Shown: positions 10,151-19,080, counted from the first letter of the stretch. The stretch: 56,925 bases of DNA from an uncultured Gammaproteobacteria bacterium (GCA_938074525.1 CALJEX010000073.1:1-56925); one strand, 5' to 3'. Numbers and translations: made by a program. The notes: generated from the sequence alone by a model not told the origin.

Positions 10151-10312
10151 ATGAGTGATGCAAAAAAAACCAGGCCCCAAGTCCCAGAAGGCGAGTCACG
10201 TTTTCTAAAAACGACTCAGAAACAAGCGAATGAAAAGGGCTACATTGGGTATGACACTACCTGGACGCCGTTCCAAAAAGAAGTAGCATATACGACACCA
10301 AAAAAGCCATAA
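10151..10312 (+). CDS. small protein (53 aa), below ORF-track cut-off
   Basis: MSDAKKTRPQVPEGESRFLKTTQKQANEKGYIGYDTTWTPFQKEVAYTTPKKP*, preceded by GAAGGGTG RBS and followed by a hairpin. Confidence 0.7.
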   Translation: MSDAKKTRPQVPEGESRFLKTTQKQANEKGYIGYDTTWTPFQKEVAYTTPKKP

Positions 10313-10319
10313 GCTTCTA

Positions 10320-10355
10320 CATAGCCGTGTAAACATTTCAGTTGACACGGCTATG
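10320..10355 (+). terminator. stem-loop after small ORF
   Basis: CATAGCCGTGT...ACACGGCTATG 11-bp perfect stem. Confidence 0.55.
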
Positions 10356-10463
10356 ACTATAATTGGTTTTAGGTTTTACTAGTATCGAATCTTAAGAATT
10401 TAGTCGTAACTATTACGTCAACCAAAATTCTCTTATCTGAACTGTTATAATTCTTCCTTATAG

Positions 10464-11576
10464 TTAATTAATTCTATCGTAAACTCCCTCTACTCCCTGC
10501 TTTGACATTACCAATTGCCACAGCTGTATATCCCTGGCACGAAAAGCTCCCGCACATGACAATAAGTAGTATTTCCACATTCTATAAAATCGCTCACTAT
10601 AATCTGATTTTATCTCATGCCAGCCTTGCTCAAAGTTTTCAAACCACGTCATTAAAGTCTTATCATAATAGGCTCCAAAATTATGTAAGTCTTCAATTAC
10701 GAACAGTTTTTCACTCGCCTTACTAATATCTGTCAGTGAAGGTAATTGCCCATTAGGAAAGATGTACTTGTGTATCCATGGGTCTGGGGTAGGCTTTGTT
10801 ACCAATCCACCTATGGTGTGCAATAAGAATAAACCATCATCCTTTAAACATTGGTTAGCTATCTTAAAATAGTTATTAAAATTCTTGCTGCCTACGTGTT
10901 CAAACATCCCTACTGATACAATATGGTCAAAGCTATCAGTCAGCAATCGATAATCTTGCACTCTGATTTCAACGGGTAAGTTTTCACATAGCTTACTAGC
11001 GTACTCTGCCTGCTCACTTGAGATGGTTATGCCAGTGACTTTAGCCCCATAATTTTCAGCCGCAAATTTAGCAAAACTACCCCATCCACAACCAATATCT
11101 AATACATGCTGTCCTTCACGTAATTGTATTTTTTTACAGATCATATCCAGCTTAGCTTCTTGTGCACTATCTAAATCATCAGCATCTTTCCAGTAACCGC
11201 ATGTATAGGTTAATCGTTTATCAAGCATAATCTCAAATAAGCGATTACCAAGATTATAGTGCGCATTACCCACTTGAAATGCGCGAGCAATACTCTGCAA
11301 ATTAGTTAGTTTTGCACGCAGTGCTAAAGCTAAAACACTATATGGCTGGACCTTCGATTCGATATCAAACTTCAGCAAGTTACAGATAAACTGGTCAATG
11401 CTGTCAGCATCCCACCAGCCATCCATATAGCCCTCTCCTAAAGCTAAGGAACCTTCAGAGAATACACGACTATAAAATTTCTCGTTATGGATTTTGATAT
11501 CCCATGGTCGATTGCCGGCCACGTGGATATCTGCAAGCGCCAAAATTTCTTCGAACTTATCGCGCATTGAATACAT
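10464..11576 (-). CDS. cfa: cyclopropane-fatty-acyl-phospholipid synthase
   Basis: GSLALGEGYMDGWW, HYNLGN, TYTCGYW, VLDIGCGWG, VSVGMFEHVG, YIFPNG, RMWKYYL. Confidence 0.95.
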   Translation of the reverse strand: MYSMRDKFEEILALADIHVAGNRPWDIKIHNEKFYSRVFSEGSLALGEGYMDGWWDADSIDQFICNLLKFDIESKVQPYSVLALALRAKLTNLQSIARAFQVGNAHYNLGNRLFEIMLDKRLTYTCGYWKDADDLDSAQEAKLDMICKKIQLREGQHVLDIGCGWGSFAKFAAENYGAKVTGITISSEQAEYASKLCENLPVEIRVQDYRLLTDSFDHIVSVGMFEHVGSKNFNNYFKIANQCLKDDGLFLLHTIGGLVTKPTPDPWIHKYIFPNGQLPSLTDISKASEKLFVIEDLHNFGAYYDKTLMTWFENFEQGWHEIKSDYSERFYRMWKYYLLSCAGAFRARDIQLWQLVMSKQGVEGVYDRIN

Positions 11577-11833
11577 ACATAAACCTCCATGAATTCAAAA
11601 GTACTAATCTTATTCACTCGATATAGTTAAATTTTATCAACAAGATATATAATTTTAATCACAGGGATAAATATAATTTATCTCTTCCTGATTTCACACT
11701 AACATAGACGATACATCTCGCATGTCAGTTTTGAATATTATCAATAAAGCGCAAAAAAAAAAATTGGTTTAAATCAATATTATGCAAAGAAGGGAAAATT
11801 AGTTTAGTGCAAAATAATATCAGACACTAATAT

Positions 11834-12046
11834 CTAACGACGCGCAGCATAAGATTTCGATTTCTCGATCCAAACAAATACACGAAGCAATATAAGCGCC
11901 GTGACAACGAACCCTAATCCCATACCAATACGTTCAGAAAATAGGTTAACGATGCCAATCGCACCTAAAGCTATAATACCCGCAAGCACAAACATATTTG
12001 TAAATCGATTAACAGCAGAGACAGTGGTGTGAGAAGCCATGCACAC
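11834..12046 (-). CDS. small two-TM membrane protein (start uncertain)
   Basis: Two hydrophobic stretches and a basic C-terminus. Confidence 0.45.
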   Translation of the reverse strand: MCMASHTTVSAVNRFTNMFVLAGIIALGAIGIVNLFSERIGMGLGFVVTALILLRVFVWIEKSKSYAARR

Positions 12047-12162
12047 ATAATAATTTCATCCATTCAAACTGTCCGTGCAATAGGACTCAAAAAAAATTCC
12101 CGAATAGAACCAAGTTCTCAAAATGCAATTTTTGACCATTTATCTTTTTATAATATTATTCT

Positions 12163-12381
12163 CTACTCAACCCCAGTTACCCACGAAATATATAAAGCCA
12201 ATAAATACAGAAGACCATGCATTGCTATCGCAAGCACAAATGCAATAATAAAAAATCTACCCATGCTATTACTCGAAGCATCGCGTTCTAAATTCTTACT
12301 GCTTTGAATCCCAACAAAAGAGGCAAGCACACTTTTTACGACTTGCCAGTTAGATAATTCCTTTTCTTTAATGTCACTCAT
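12163..12381 (-). CDS. DUF2970 family membrane protein
   Basis: VVKSVLASFVGIQSSKNLERD motif followed by a TM helix. Confidence 0.8.
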   Translation of the reverse strand: MSDIKEKELSNWQVVKSVLASFVGIQSSKNLERDASSNSMGRFFIIAFVLAIAMHGLLYLLALYISWVTGVE

Positions 12382-12512
12382 TTCCTATACTCAAATACAA
12401 TAATCAATCAAGAGACTTTACCTAGCATTTATTAAAATTAAAACTCACCATAAAGGATACTGAATCTCTCAACAAAACAGAAAGTTATTGACTTTTATTT
12501 TGAGAAATTACT

Positions 12513-12923
12513 TCATAAGAATAACGCAAATATAACAATTAACACAGCATGAGGAAAAGCGACTGTAGGCCTAATCGCTTGACGAAGATATTCACTCACT
12601 AACGCAATACTGCCGGGACGATTTTTCTGATAATCACTATTAAGCTGATAAGCTTGCTTATCAATGTTATTTAATAAGCAATTTTCAATCTGCAATAATC
12701 GACACTCTATACGTGATTGATAGGTTTTCCATATCGCATCTTGTATCCATAGCAACAGCAACATACAGAGCACAAAAATACTCATATTGCTTGAGATATA
12801 AGCTGCACTTAATAATCCAATGTTAAGTAATTTAATCGCTAGTGAATATTGCTCATAGCTATGAACTTGATTTTGAAGGATGGACCATTCATTCTTCAGA
12901 TCTTCCCTCTCTATATCACTCAC
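12513..12923 (-). CDS. hypothetical membrane protein
   Basis: 136 aa, GTG start; EWSILQNQ..SYE..SLAIK, DAIWKTYQSRI, RPTVAFPH. Confidence 0.7.
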   Translation of the reverse strand: MSDIEREDLKNEWSILQNQVHSYEQYSLAIKLLNIGLLSAAYISSNMSIFVLCMLLLLWIQDAIWKTYQSRIECRLLQIENCLLNNIDKQAYQLNSDYQKNRPGSIALVSEYLRQAIRPTVAFPHAVLIVIFALFL

Positions 12924-13148
12924 CTACACTTCCCTTCCCAAATTATTCTCGTTTATCTTTAGGGTGATATATTAATCTTATAGGCTAAAAAAACTGTGCC
13001 CTACTACCAATTACTTTTAGCAACCTGCCCCTGAAACCACAGCTAACTATTCACTAATATCTGGTAAACCCACTCAATAAAAGGATTAAGATTTGAATGA
13101 TTCCTGTTAAAACACATAAAATTTAACAATCATTCATTGGACTTACAT

Positions 13149-14126
13149 ATGAATTTTTTACGCCTCACTATTACGTTACTGATTTTACACACTCTATCTC
13201 ACGCATTTGCTAGTAATAGCACTCACACACCTTTAGTAGAAACAGAATGGCTAGCCTCTCAACCAAAGAATGTAGTTGTTCTTGATGTTAGAACAAGCAA
13301 GAAAAGTTTTGTCAGTAAACCTATGTTTGATAAAAACCAAACAAGTAATAAACCATCATTATTGCGTGTTGGCGGACACATTCCGGGCGCACGGTTAGTT
13401 TTATATAAGAATGTCCGTGGCGATCGATTAATTGACGGCAATACAATTAAGCATATGGTAGTTACTCGCGAGCAATTTGAAACCCTCATGCAGCAGGTAG
13501 GAGTCAATCAAGATAGCCACGTGATCATTACCACGAATGCTGAATCAGGTTTTGACCTAACGATGGCATCACGCATGTATTGGCAAATGAAATATTTCGG
13601 CCATGACAAGGTCTCAATTTTAAACGGCGGCACTGCACAATGGTTAATTGATGGGCGAGACATTGAAACCTCATTAGAAAACCATACTGCTGGCAACTGG
13701 CAAGCATCAACAGAAGAAAGCAACCTATTTGCCAGTAGCGATGATGTTCAGTCAGCGATAGAAAATGATGCGATTCAGCTTGTTGACGTGCGTCCACTTG
13801 GCCAATACTTAGGAACGTTTAAGAGCGGCAAAGCTAAAGCCAAAGGCCATATTCCCAGTGCAAAAGCATTTCCAGTAGATCTTATTTCAACTCGTACTAC
13901 ACCTGTTAAATTTTCACCTGTTACCGAATTGAAAAAATTATCTAGCGCTTTGAGTATTGATGACCAAAAAGATGTGATCACCTACTGCAATAGCGGCCAT
14001 ATGGCCTCTGGTGGTTGGTTTGTTTACCATGAAATACTTGGCAATAAAAATGTTAAACTCTACGATGGCTCTATGCATCAATGGACATTGGAAGATAGAC
14101 CTGTTGTCTCTATGGTAATTGAGTAA
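13149..14126 (+). CDS. exported two-domain sulfurtransferase (rhodanese/SseA-like)
   Basis: Signal-peptide-like N-terminus, GHIPGA, ILNGG, GHIPSA, catalytic loop YCNSGHMAS, LYDGSMHQW; ATG 13149 preferred over TTG 13137. Confidence 0.9.
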   Translation: MNFLRLTITLLILHTLSHAFASNSTHTPLVETEWLASQPKNVVVLDVRTSKKSFVSKPMFDKNQTSNKPSLLRVGGHIPGARLVLYKNVRGDRLIDGNTIKHMVVTREQFETLMQQVGVNQDSHVIITTNAESGFDLTMASRMYWQMKYFGHDKVSILNGGTAQWLIDGRDIETSLENHTAGNWQASTEESNLFASSDDVQSAIENDAIQLVDVRPLGQYLGTFKSGKAKAKGHIPSAKAFPVDLISTRTTPVKFSPVTELKKLSSALSIDDQKDVITYCNSGHMASGGWFVYHEILGNKNVKLYDGSMHQWTLEDRPVVSMVIE

Positions 14127-14198
14127 CCTATTTCGATCTCACGATATAGGATTTAAAATATCAAGCCTTAACTCGTTCGATCGCAAAAAAATCCATCG

Positions 14199-14639
14199 TT
14201 ATGCATTGGCAACCAATACCGCACCACCAACAATAAGTGCCGAACCGCATAGCAGCTTAATAGTATTAACATCTTTCCATTCGCTAAATATTACCAAGGC
14301 CAGCAACACGGCCACCAATGTATTCATGTTATACAATGGGACTAATTGCGAAATAGATATCTCAAAATTCAACAAAGCATAAGCTACCAGTCCCGTCGCA
14401 ACACCCCAGGTCACACCAAATAAAGCAGCATACAATCCCGATTTTAAAGAAAAAGAAAATGCATCATCTACCCAGTAATAAGCCGCACCCACCAGTACAA
14501 TCCCCACCCCGGTCGCAACAAGATAAGCTGATAAGCTAATACCAAGATTCGTGCTCATCTTCTGAAAAACAGCAGAACCTCCATAGATGAGCGCAGGCAA
14601 TAGCCCACCCAATAACAAAGCAGTTGATTTAGATGTCAT
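14199..14639 (-). CDS. EamA/DMT-family small membrane transporter
   Basis: Five TM segments; SQLVPLYNMNTLVAVLLALVIFSE motif. Confidence 0.8.
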   Translation of the reverse strand: MTSKSTALLLGGLLPALIYGGSAVFQKMSTNLGISLSAYLVATGVGIVLVGAAYYWVDDAFSFSLKSGLYAALFGVTWGVATGLVAYALLNFEISISQLVPLYNMNTLVAVLLALVIFSEWKDVNTIKLLCGSALIVGGAVLVANA

Positions 14640-14801
14640 AACAAAAGGCTCCTACTAATACAAAAGAATTACTATAAAGCACCCAGATTACCCTAATGCC
14701 CTTGTCTTGTACTAACAACATTTGTACATCTTCAAGCCCTTGCATGCCATTGAAATAAAGATTAGATTGAAAGCGTACAAACAATTGAAGAGGAGGTGAT
14801 C

Positions 14802-14846
14802 ATGTCTATATGTGCTATGACTATCCTTCCTTTCATCGTCGACTAA
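14802..14846 (+). CDS. putative 14-aa peptide with very strong SD
   Basis: AGGAGGTGATC directly before ATG; MSICAMTILPFIVD*. Confidence 0.3.
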   Translation: MSICAMTILPFIVD

Positions 14847-14883
14847 ATTTTCACTCGATACTGAAAGGAATAGCAAAGCAATT

Positions 14884-14929
14884 GAGCACAGGACGTGTGA
14901 ATAAGCTCTACGTCGCATGGACGCGACGT
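14884..14929 (+). repeat. degenerate REP-like element (CAGGAYG...CATKGACG), copy 1
   Basis: GAGCACAGGACGTGTGAATA...ACGTCGC-ATGGAC-GCGACGT hairpin; related to 17633-17671. Confidence 0.5.
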
Positions 14930-15034
14930 TCATATTAAATAAGGAGAATATAGGAAAGCTCAGACTTTTTTACCTTTCTTTACTCCCACTAACTCCTGTA
15001 CTTTCATCAATAACTCCCCCACTCAGATTAAGAT

Positions 15035-15060
15035 AAAAATAAGAGTCTAACCCTATTTTT
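15035..15060 (+). repeat. TCTGACCC-family boundary site
   Basis: AAAAATAAGAGTCTAACCCTATTTTT, 25 nt downstream of the HEPN gene stop. Confidence 0.6.
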
Positions 15061-15085
15061 ACTTTAAGGAACTGTTACCTTATCC

Positions 15086-15499
15086 CTACAAATTCTTTTT
15101 TATAATATCTAATAGGAACTCTGCCTTGGCAATACATTCGCCAACTGAAGACTCAGGTACAATATCACCTGTATAGTCCGCACCATTTCTTTGTTTGCGC
15201 AATACATCTAACACAATGATCACATCATTTTCAATATCTAATGTCTTCGACAAGCTTTGCATCATTGTTTGGTGATGACCAGGTTTACTAGTTAATGTGC
15301 GATAACCATTCATTTGCAAAGCAGCATTGGCTATTTGCATAATCGCTTTGTAACCTGCATCAAAGCGATTTTCAGAGCTCACTTCTTTAACATAAGCATC
15401 CGCAATATTTCTTTCCGCAGCACGAATTAATTTTTCAATCGCATTTTTGTCAGGTGAAATTTTTTCTAGCGTGCGACCAACTAGATTATCTAAGCTCAT
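15086..15499 (-). CDS. HEPN-domain protein (toxin partner of upstream nucleotidyltransferase)
   Basis: Helical; RFDAGYKA, GYRT..KPGHH, LRKQRNGADY (R-x4-Y variant of HEPN R-x4-H); ATG 15499 overlaps the upstream gene end. Confidence 0.7.
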   Translation of the reverse strand: MSLDNLVGRTLEKISPDKNAIEKLIRAAERNIADAYVKEVSSENRFDAGYKAIMQIANAALQMNGYRTLTSKPGHHQTMMQSLSKTLDIENDVIIVLDVLRKQRNGADYTGDIVPESSVGECIAKAEFLLDIIKKNL

Positions 15500-16070
15500 G
15501 CTCGGTTCCAATCACAAACAATTTAGGGTTTTCTTTCACCTCTTTATAAAAAACTTCTTTGTTCTTTTTTAATGCTTGCCACTCTTTTCCAGTAAAAATT
15601 TTAGGGTTCACTTCACGTGCGAGTGCTTTTTCAATTGGTTGCAACAACTTTACCATAGCACTCAATTGAACTTCGCCAATAACTAACAGATCCAAATCAC
15701 TTGCCGACTCTGCTTTACCACTTGCTATTGACCCATACACCAAGGCAACTTCAATATCAGCACTCACCGGCGACAAAGCATCAACCAGCACATCAACCAC
15801 AGCCGATGTCTTACGCAAGATACTCGCCAGCTCTTCATAAACTATGCAGTCTGTGTTTGCATAATATTGGAGCTGGTTGCCAATAGATTCCTTCATTAGA
15901 ATGCCGACTCCCTCCAAACGCTTAAGTTCTTTATGGAGGGTACCAGGCATCGTCCCTGTCAGACGGGCAATTTCACGCACGTGATAACGCTTATCAGGAT
16001 GCAGCAACAGCAATCCCAACACACGTTTTCGGTAATCTTTAAAAAGCAAATCTGCGAGTGATAGAGACAT
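15486..16070 (-). CDS. HTH + minimal nucleotidyltransferase (MNT) antitoxin-like protein
   Basis: N-terminal wHTH (HVREIARLTG...LHKELKRLE) and C-terminal VYGSIASG....SDLDLLVIG MNT motif; ATG 16070. Confidence 0.85.
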   Translation of the reverse strand: MSLSLADLLFKDYRKRVLGLLLLHPDKRYHVREIARLTGTMPGTLHKELKRLEGVGILMKESIGNQLQYYANTDCIVYEELASILRKTSAVVDVLVDALSPVSADIEVALVYGSIASGKAESASDLDLLVIGEVQLSAMVKLLQPIEKALAREVNPKIFTGKEWQALKKNKEVFYKEVKENPKLFVIGTEHELR

Positions 16071-16080
16071 AAACTCATAA

Positions 16081-16128
16081 TGTAGCAATAATTGCTACGA
16101 TTGTAGTATTATTTGCTACACTATGCAA
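16081..16128 (-). promoter_or_regulatory. sigma70 promoter overlapped by tandem palindromic operators
   Basis: Minus strand TTGCAT-17nt-TACAAT (16128-16100); palindromes TGTAGCAATAATTGCTACG (16081-16099) and TGTAGTATTATTTGCTACA (16102-16120). Confidence 0.75.
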
Positions 16129-16269
16129 TCATCATTTTCCGAAAAAATTATTGTCTTAAGGGCGCAGACAACATTATGCTGAGCAAATAAGCATCATATT
16201 CTTTGGATGCACTCTAGAAATTACAAAAAAAGTTCTGAGAAGATTAATCAAGTCTGTCTCAATAACTAT

Positions 16270-16914
16270 TTATGACGTCTTAAAACTCTCGACAGGTTTA
16301 ACCTCTAGTGGATCAAACTCTTTGTGTTGTTTTCTCAAACTATCTCTGACTTTGAATTTATCTTTTTTGTCGCTGATGATTCTATAGACCAGCAATATCA
16401 CTGCCACACCTAGTGAGATAAGTCCCATACCAAAGGCTGTATATAATTGACCTACCATATAAATGATGCCCAGCCCGGATGCAATAAGCACAAGCCCCAA
16501 GATGAACGCTCCATGACGACTAGCGTCATAAACATCGTGATAGTCTTTGGCTGGTGACACGATTAAATTAACATCCTGTCCTGTCACATAGCTCAATGTT
16601 CCCGTTCCACCTTCGCTACTTAAGGTCGTCACCACTTCCCCATTGGGCATGGTGTATTGGAACACTGGGTAAAGCGTGTGTTTTACCTTTTCCACTTCTT
16701 TACCATCTCTCATTTTCTTTTTGACTCTGGTTTGATTAATTGCACCTACCACCTTGCCAGGTACACGTATTCCAAACAGACGCATATAGGTCATGGCCAC
16801 TATTAAGAATAAGCCTATCAACATTAAAACAATGGCAAGCAGTACCCACATAGAGAACAGCTCTGAAAACAAAGACTCCACCGCCAAAAAGATATATTCC
16901 ATGAAACATTCCAA
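16270..16914 (-). CDS. DUF3592-like membrane protein
   Basis: TM, GKVVG, YPVFQY..PNG, Y..GQ.V.LIV, then TM segments; start may be ATG 16902. Confidence 0.7.
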   Translation of the reverse strand: MECFMEYIFLAVESLFSELFSMWVLLAIVLMLIGLFLIVAMTYMRLFGIRVPGKVVGAINQTRVKKKMRDGKEVEKVKHTLYPVFQYTMPNGEVVTTLSSEGGTGTLSYVTGQDVNLIVSPAKDYHDVYDASRHGAFILGLVLIASGLGIIYMVGQLYTAFGMGLISLGVAVILLVYRIISDKKDKFKVRDSLRKQHKEFDPLEVKPVESFKTS

Positions 16915-17030
16915 TAAATAATATGCCTAGTATATTAATAAGCTGATCATTAAATAATAGAAGCAAACAGACTAATGGTAATCATATGACGCCTGGTAAC
17001 ATAGACGTTATGGTTATAAATAGACATCTT

Positions 17031-17050
17031 AAAAAGGTTCTGACCTCTTT
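17031..17050 (+). repeat. TCTGACCC-family boundary site
   Basis: AAAAAGGTTCTGACCTCTTT downstream of the minus-strand EGKCG gene. Confidence 0.55.
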
Positions 17051-17130
17051 TACCCCTTGTTTCCCAATTGTGTTGCCCACAAAAAAGGCGAACTTACGTC
17101 CACCTTTTTACAACCTAATGATGCAGAAAA

Positions 17131-17535
17131 TTAACTATCAGACTTACTTTCACCGCATTTACCTTCTCCACATTTACCTTCTCCACATTTACCTTCGCCG
17201 CACTTTCCTTCTTTATGCTTTTTCATGCTCTTCATTTCTTCAGCACTAATCACTCCATCACCATCTTTATCTTTGCGGGAGAATTTCTTTTCCGCATGCG
17301 CCATAAATTCATCTTTACTAACAACTCCATCACCATCAGCATCCATCTTTTTCATCTTTTTCATTTTACACATCTTCTTGTCACCATGACCATCGGCCAC
17401 CATATAACCCGAAGACAAATCAGTCATTTGAAATGGGCTATCTTCAGCTGTTGCAGTTGATGTCATTAGCGCACTGGTTACAAACACGGCACCAATCGCT
17501 GTAGTGATAGGTTTTAAATCAGACTTCTTTAACAT
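17131..17535 (-). CDS. exported EF-hand + (EGKCG)x4 protein; HvfA-like RiPP metallophore precursor
   Basis: Signal peptide, PFQMTDLSSGYMVA leader, two EF-hand loops (DADGDGVVSKDE, DKDGDGVISAEE), four EGKCG repeats; ATG 17535 with GGGAG RBS. Confidence 0.8.
   Translation of the reverse strand: MLKKSDLKPITTAIGAVFVTSALMTSTATAEDSPFQMTDLSSGYMVADGHGDKKMCKMKKMKKMDADGDGVVSKDEFMAHAEKKFSRKDKDGDGVISAEEMKSMKKHKEGKCGEGKCGEGKCGEGKCGESKSDS
17152..17211 (-). repeat. 4 x 15-nt coding tandem repeat (EGKCG)
   Basis: GAAGGAAAGTGCGGC / GAAGGTAAATGTGGA x2 / GAAGGTAAATGCGGT. Confidence 0.9.
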
Positions 17536-17632
17536 AGTTACACTCCCGTTAAGCAATTAAAAATAATACGCCAACTTAGATCCTCAACGATCTAAAAGTT
17601 CATATAAAACCGCAAGCTAAAGAGATGGAAGT

Positions 17633-17671
17633 GAACACAGGATGTACGAATAGAGTCATGACGCATTGACG
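17633..17671 (+). repeat. degenerate REP-like element, copy 2
   Basis: GAACACAGGATGTACGAATA...GACGCATTGACG; 16 of the first 20 nt identical to the 14884 copy. Confidence 0.45.
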
Positions 17672-17798
17672 AATTTAGTTCGATCCATAATCGAAGAAAA
17701 GTTGCTTTTTCGGTCTTTCAAAGCGATAACTATTATCTCTTCTTACAGCTAATAACTTCCAAAATCATATAAAGACAAGTTGAATATTATGCAAATAG

Positions 17799-17813
17799 TG
17801 TTATAATATAACA
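17799..17813. promoter_or_regulatory. Zur box overlapping -10 of merC-like promoter
   Basis: Perfect palindrome TGTTATA-A-TATAACA, matching the core of the gammaproteobacterial Zur box; TTGAAT(17780)-16nt-TATAAT(17802). Confidence 0.75.
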
Positions 17814-17834
17814 TTACACATTTTGCTTTTTACT

Positions 17835-18236
17835 ATGATCAGTCTACCAAGAAATTCATTACTCCTGGATAAATTTGCGGTATCAACTTCCGCCCTTTGC
17901 GCCATCCACTGTCTTTTTTTGCCGGTAATACTGAGCGTGTTCCCAGCTATAGGAACAACGATTTTTGGACAAGAATCTTTTCATATGTGGCTGCTAATAT
18001 GTGTAATTCCACTAAGTCTTGTCGCCTTGACGATGGGTTGCAAGCAGCACAAAAGCTGGCTTGTCGCCATTCTTGGTTTTATTGGAATAAGTATATTAAT
18101 CTTTACCGCAGCCTACGGACATGAATTTCTTGGTCATGATGGAGAAAGCATTGCTACTTTAATAGGTGTTAGTGTAATTGCTCTGGGACACTTACAGAAT
18201 TATAAACTATGTCGACATATTAACTGTAAACATTGA
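17835..18236 (+). CDS. MerC-domain membrane protein
   Basis: LDKFAVSTSALCAIHCL, ESFH, GCKQH, GHLQNYKLC motifs of the MerC family; ATG 17835. Confidence 0.85.
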   Translation: MISLPRNSLLLDKFAVSTSALCAIHCLFLPVILSVFPAIGTTIFGQESFHMWLLICVIPLSLVALTMGCKQHKSWLVAILGFIGISILIFTAAYGHEFLGHDGESIATLIGVSVIALGHLQNYKLCRHINCKH

Positions 18237-18262
18237 GAGATGGTCATGTTTCTCTATATAAC

Positions 18263-18291
18263 ATGTCTGCTTTCGGCTCAATAGCGGTCAT
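18263..18291. repeat. imperfect palindromic site A (ATGTCTGCT-N11-AGCGGTCAT)
   Basis: Aligns as a direct repeat with 19217-19244. Confidence 0.65.
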
Positions 18292-18303
18292 AAAAAATTA
18301 TTG

Positions 18304-19080
18304 TTACAAGAGATCTTTTGATGTCAAGAACTCACTTGGTACATCAGCATTCTTTCTGCCCGCGATTGCGAAATAGAATAAAGGTTCACCCTCTATAGAG
18401 TTACGATGTCTATAACGCTCAATATGATAGATATCCAAATACTCTGAAAATATTAATTCTCTAATCATGCGTGAAAACCCAGAGTCATCAGAGGTATCTA
18501 AAAATGTTTCTTTAATATTGAATGCAATCCATCCTTCACTTTTAATGATATTAAATGCCTCAATAAATGCTTTTGTGGGAATATCTCCAAATCCAAGTGC
18601 AGCCACTGCTACCATACAATCAAGATGCCATTGTTCTATTTCTTCTTTTACGTCAGCCTTTAAACTGCAAAAATCTTCAATATAGTAAGAATCATATAGC
18701 CCTGGTCGATCGCGTAGTGTAGCCTCGTAAGCCTCAGGAATTATGTCCACTCCAATTAGTCTAGCGACGCCATGCTTTTTAAGCTCCTCACCCATCATTC
18801 CATTACCTGCACCCAAATCAAGAACACATAGCTCTGAAAAATTTTCTACTGTTTGATTAACTGTTGAATAAAGTATCGAGCTGACTTTGCTTGGTGACAC
18901 GCATTTCAAGCGATCATAGAAGATCTGCTCGTAAAGCCCTGGGATATTGTAAATTTTATCGTAATCGTGGAAACGGATTTTTTCTTTATTATCATATTCT
19001 TGCAAAAAGAAAAATGCTTCGTCTTGGTTTAAGTTATTTGCTTCTTGACGTGGAAACTGTATGCGTTTGCGTGGTTTGAT
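18304..19080 (-). CDS. class I SAM-dependent methyltransferase (probable ATC start)
   Basis: VLDLGAGNG, IGVDI motifs. The frame extends to ATC at 19080, 4 nt after AGGAGG; no in-frame ATG before the upstream stop. Confidence 0.8.
   Translation of the reverse strand: MKPRKRIQFPRQEANNLNQDEAFFFLQEYDNKEKIRFHDYDKIYNIPGLYEQIFYDRLKCVSPSKVSSILYSTVNQTVENFSELCVLDLGAGNGMMGEELKKHGVARLIGVDIIPEAYEATLRDRPGLYDSYYIEDFCSLKADVKEEIEQWHLDCMVAVAALGFGDIPTKAFIEAFNIIKSEGWIAFNIKETFLDTSDDSGFSRMIRELIFSEYLDIYHIERYRHRNSIEGEPLFYFAIAGRKNADVPSEFLTSKDLL

Noticed and set aside
14712-14933. 73-aa minus-strand ORF
   Set aside because: Starts inside a repeat element, has atypical composition and no recognisable motif.
17152-17211. 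Tandem 15-nt repeats as CRISPR or VNTR
   Set aside because: No spacers; variation is at synonymous positions of an EGKCG coding repeat.
17835-18236. Mercury-resistance operon
   Set aside because: No merR, merA, merT or merP; the upstream palindrome fits Zur.
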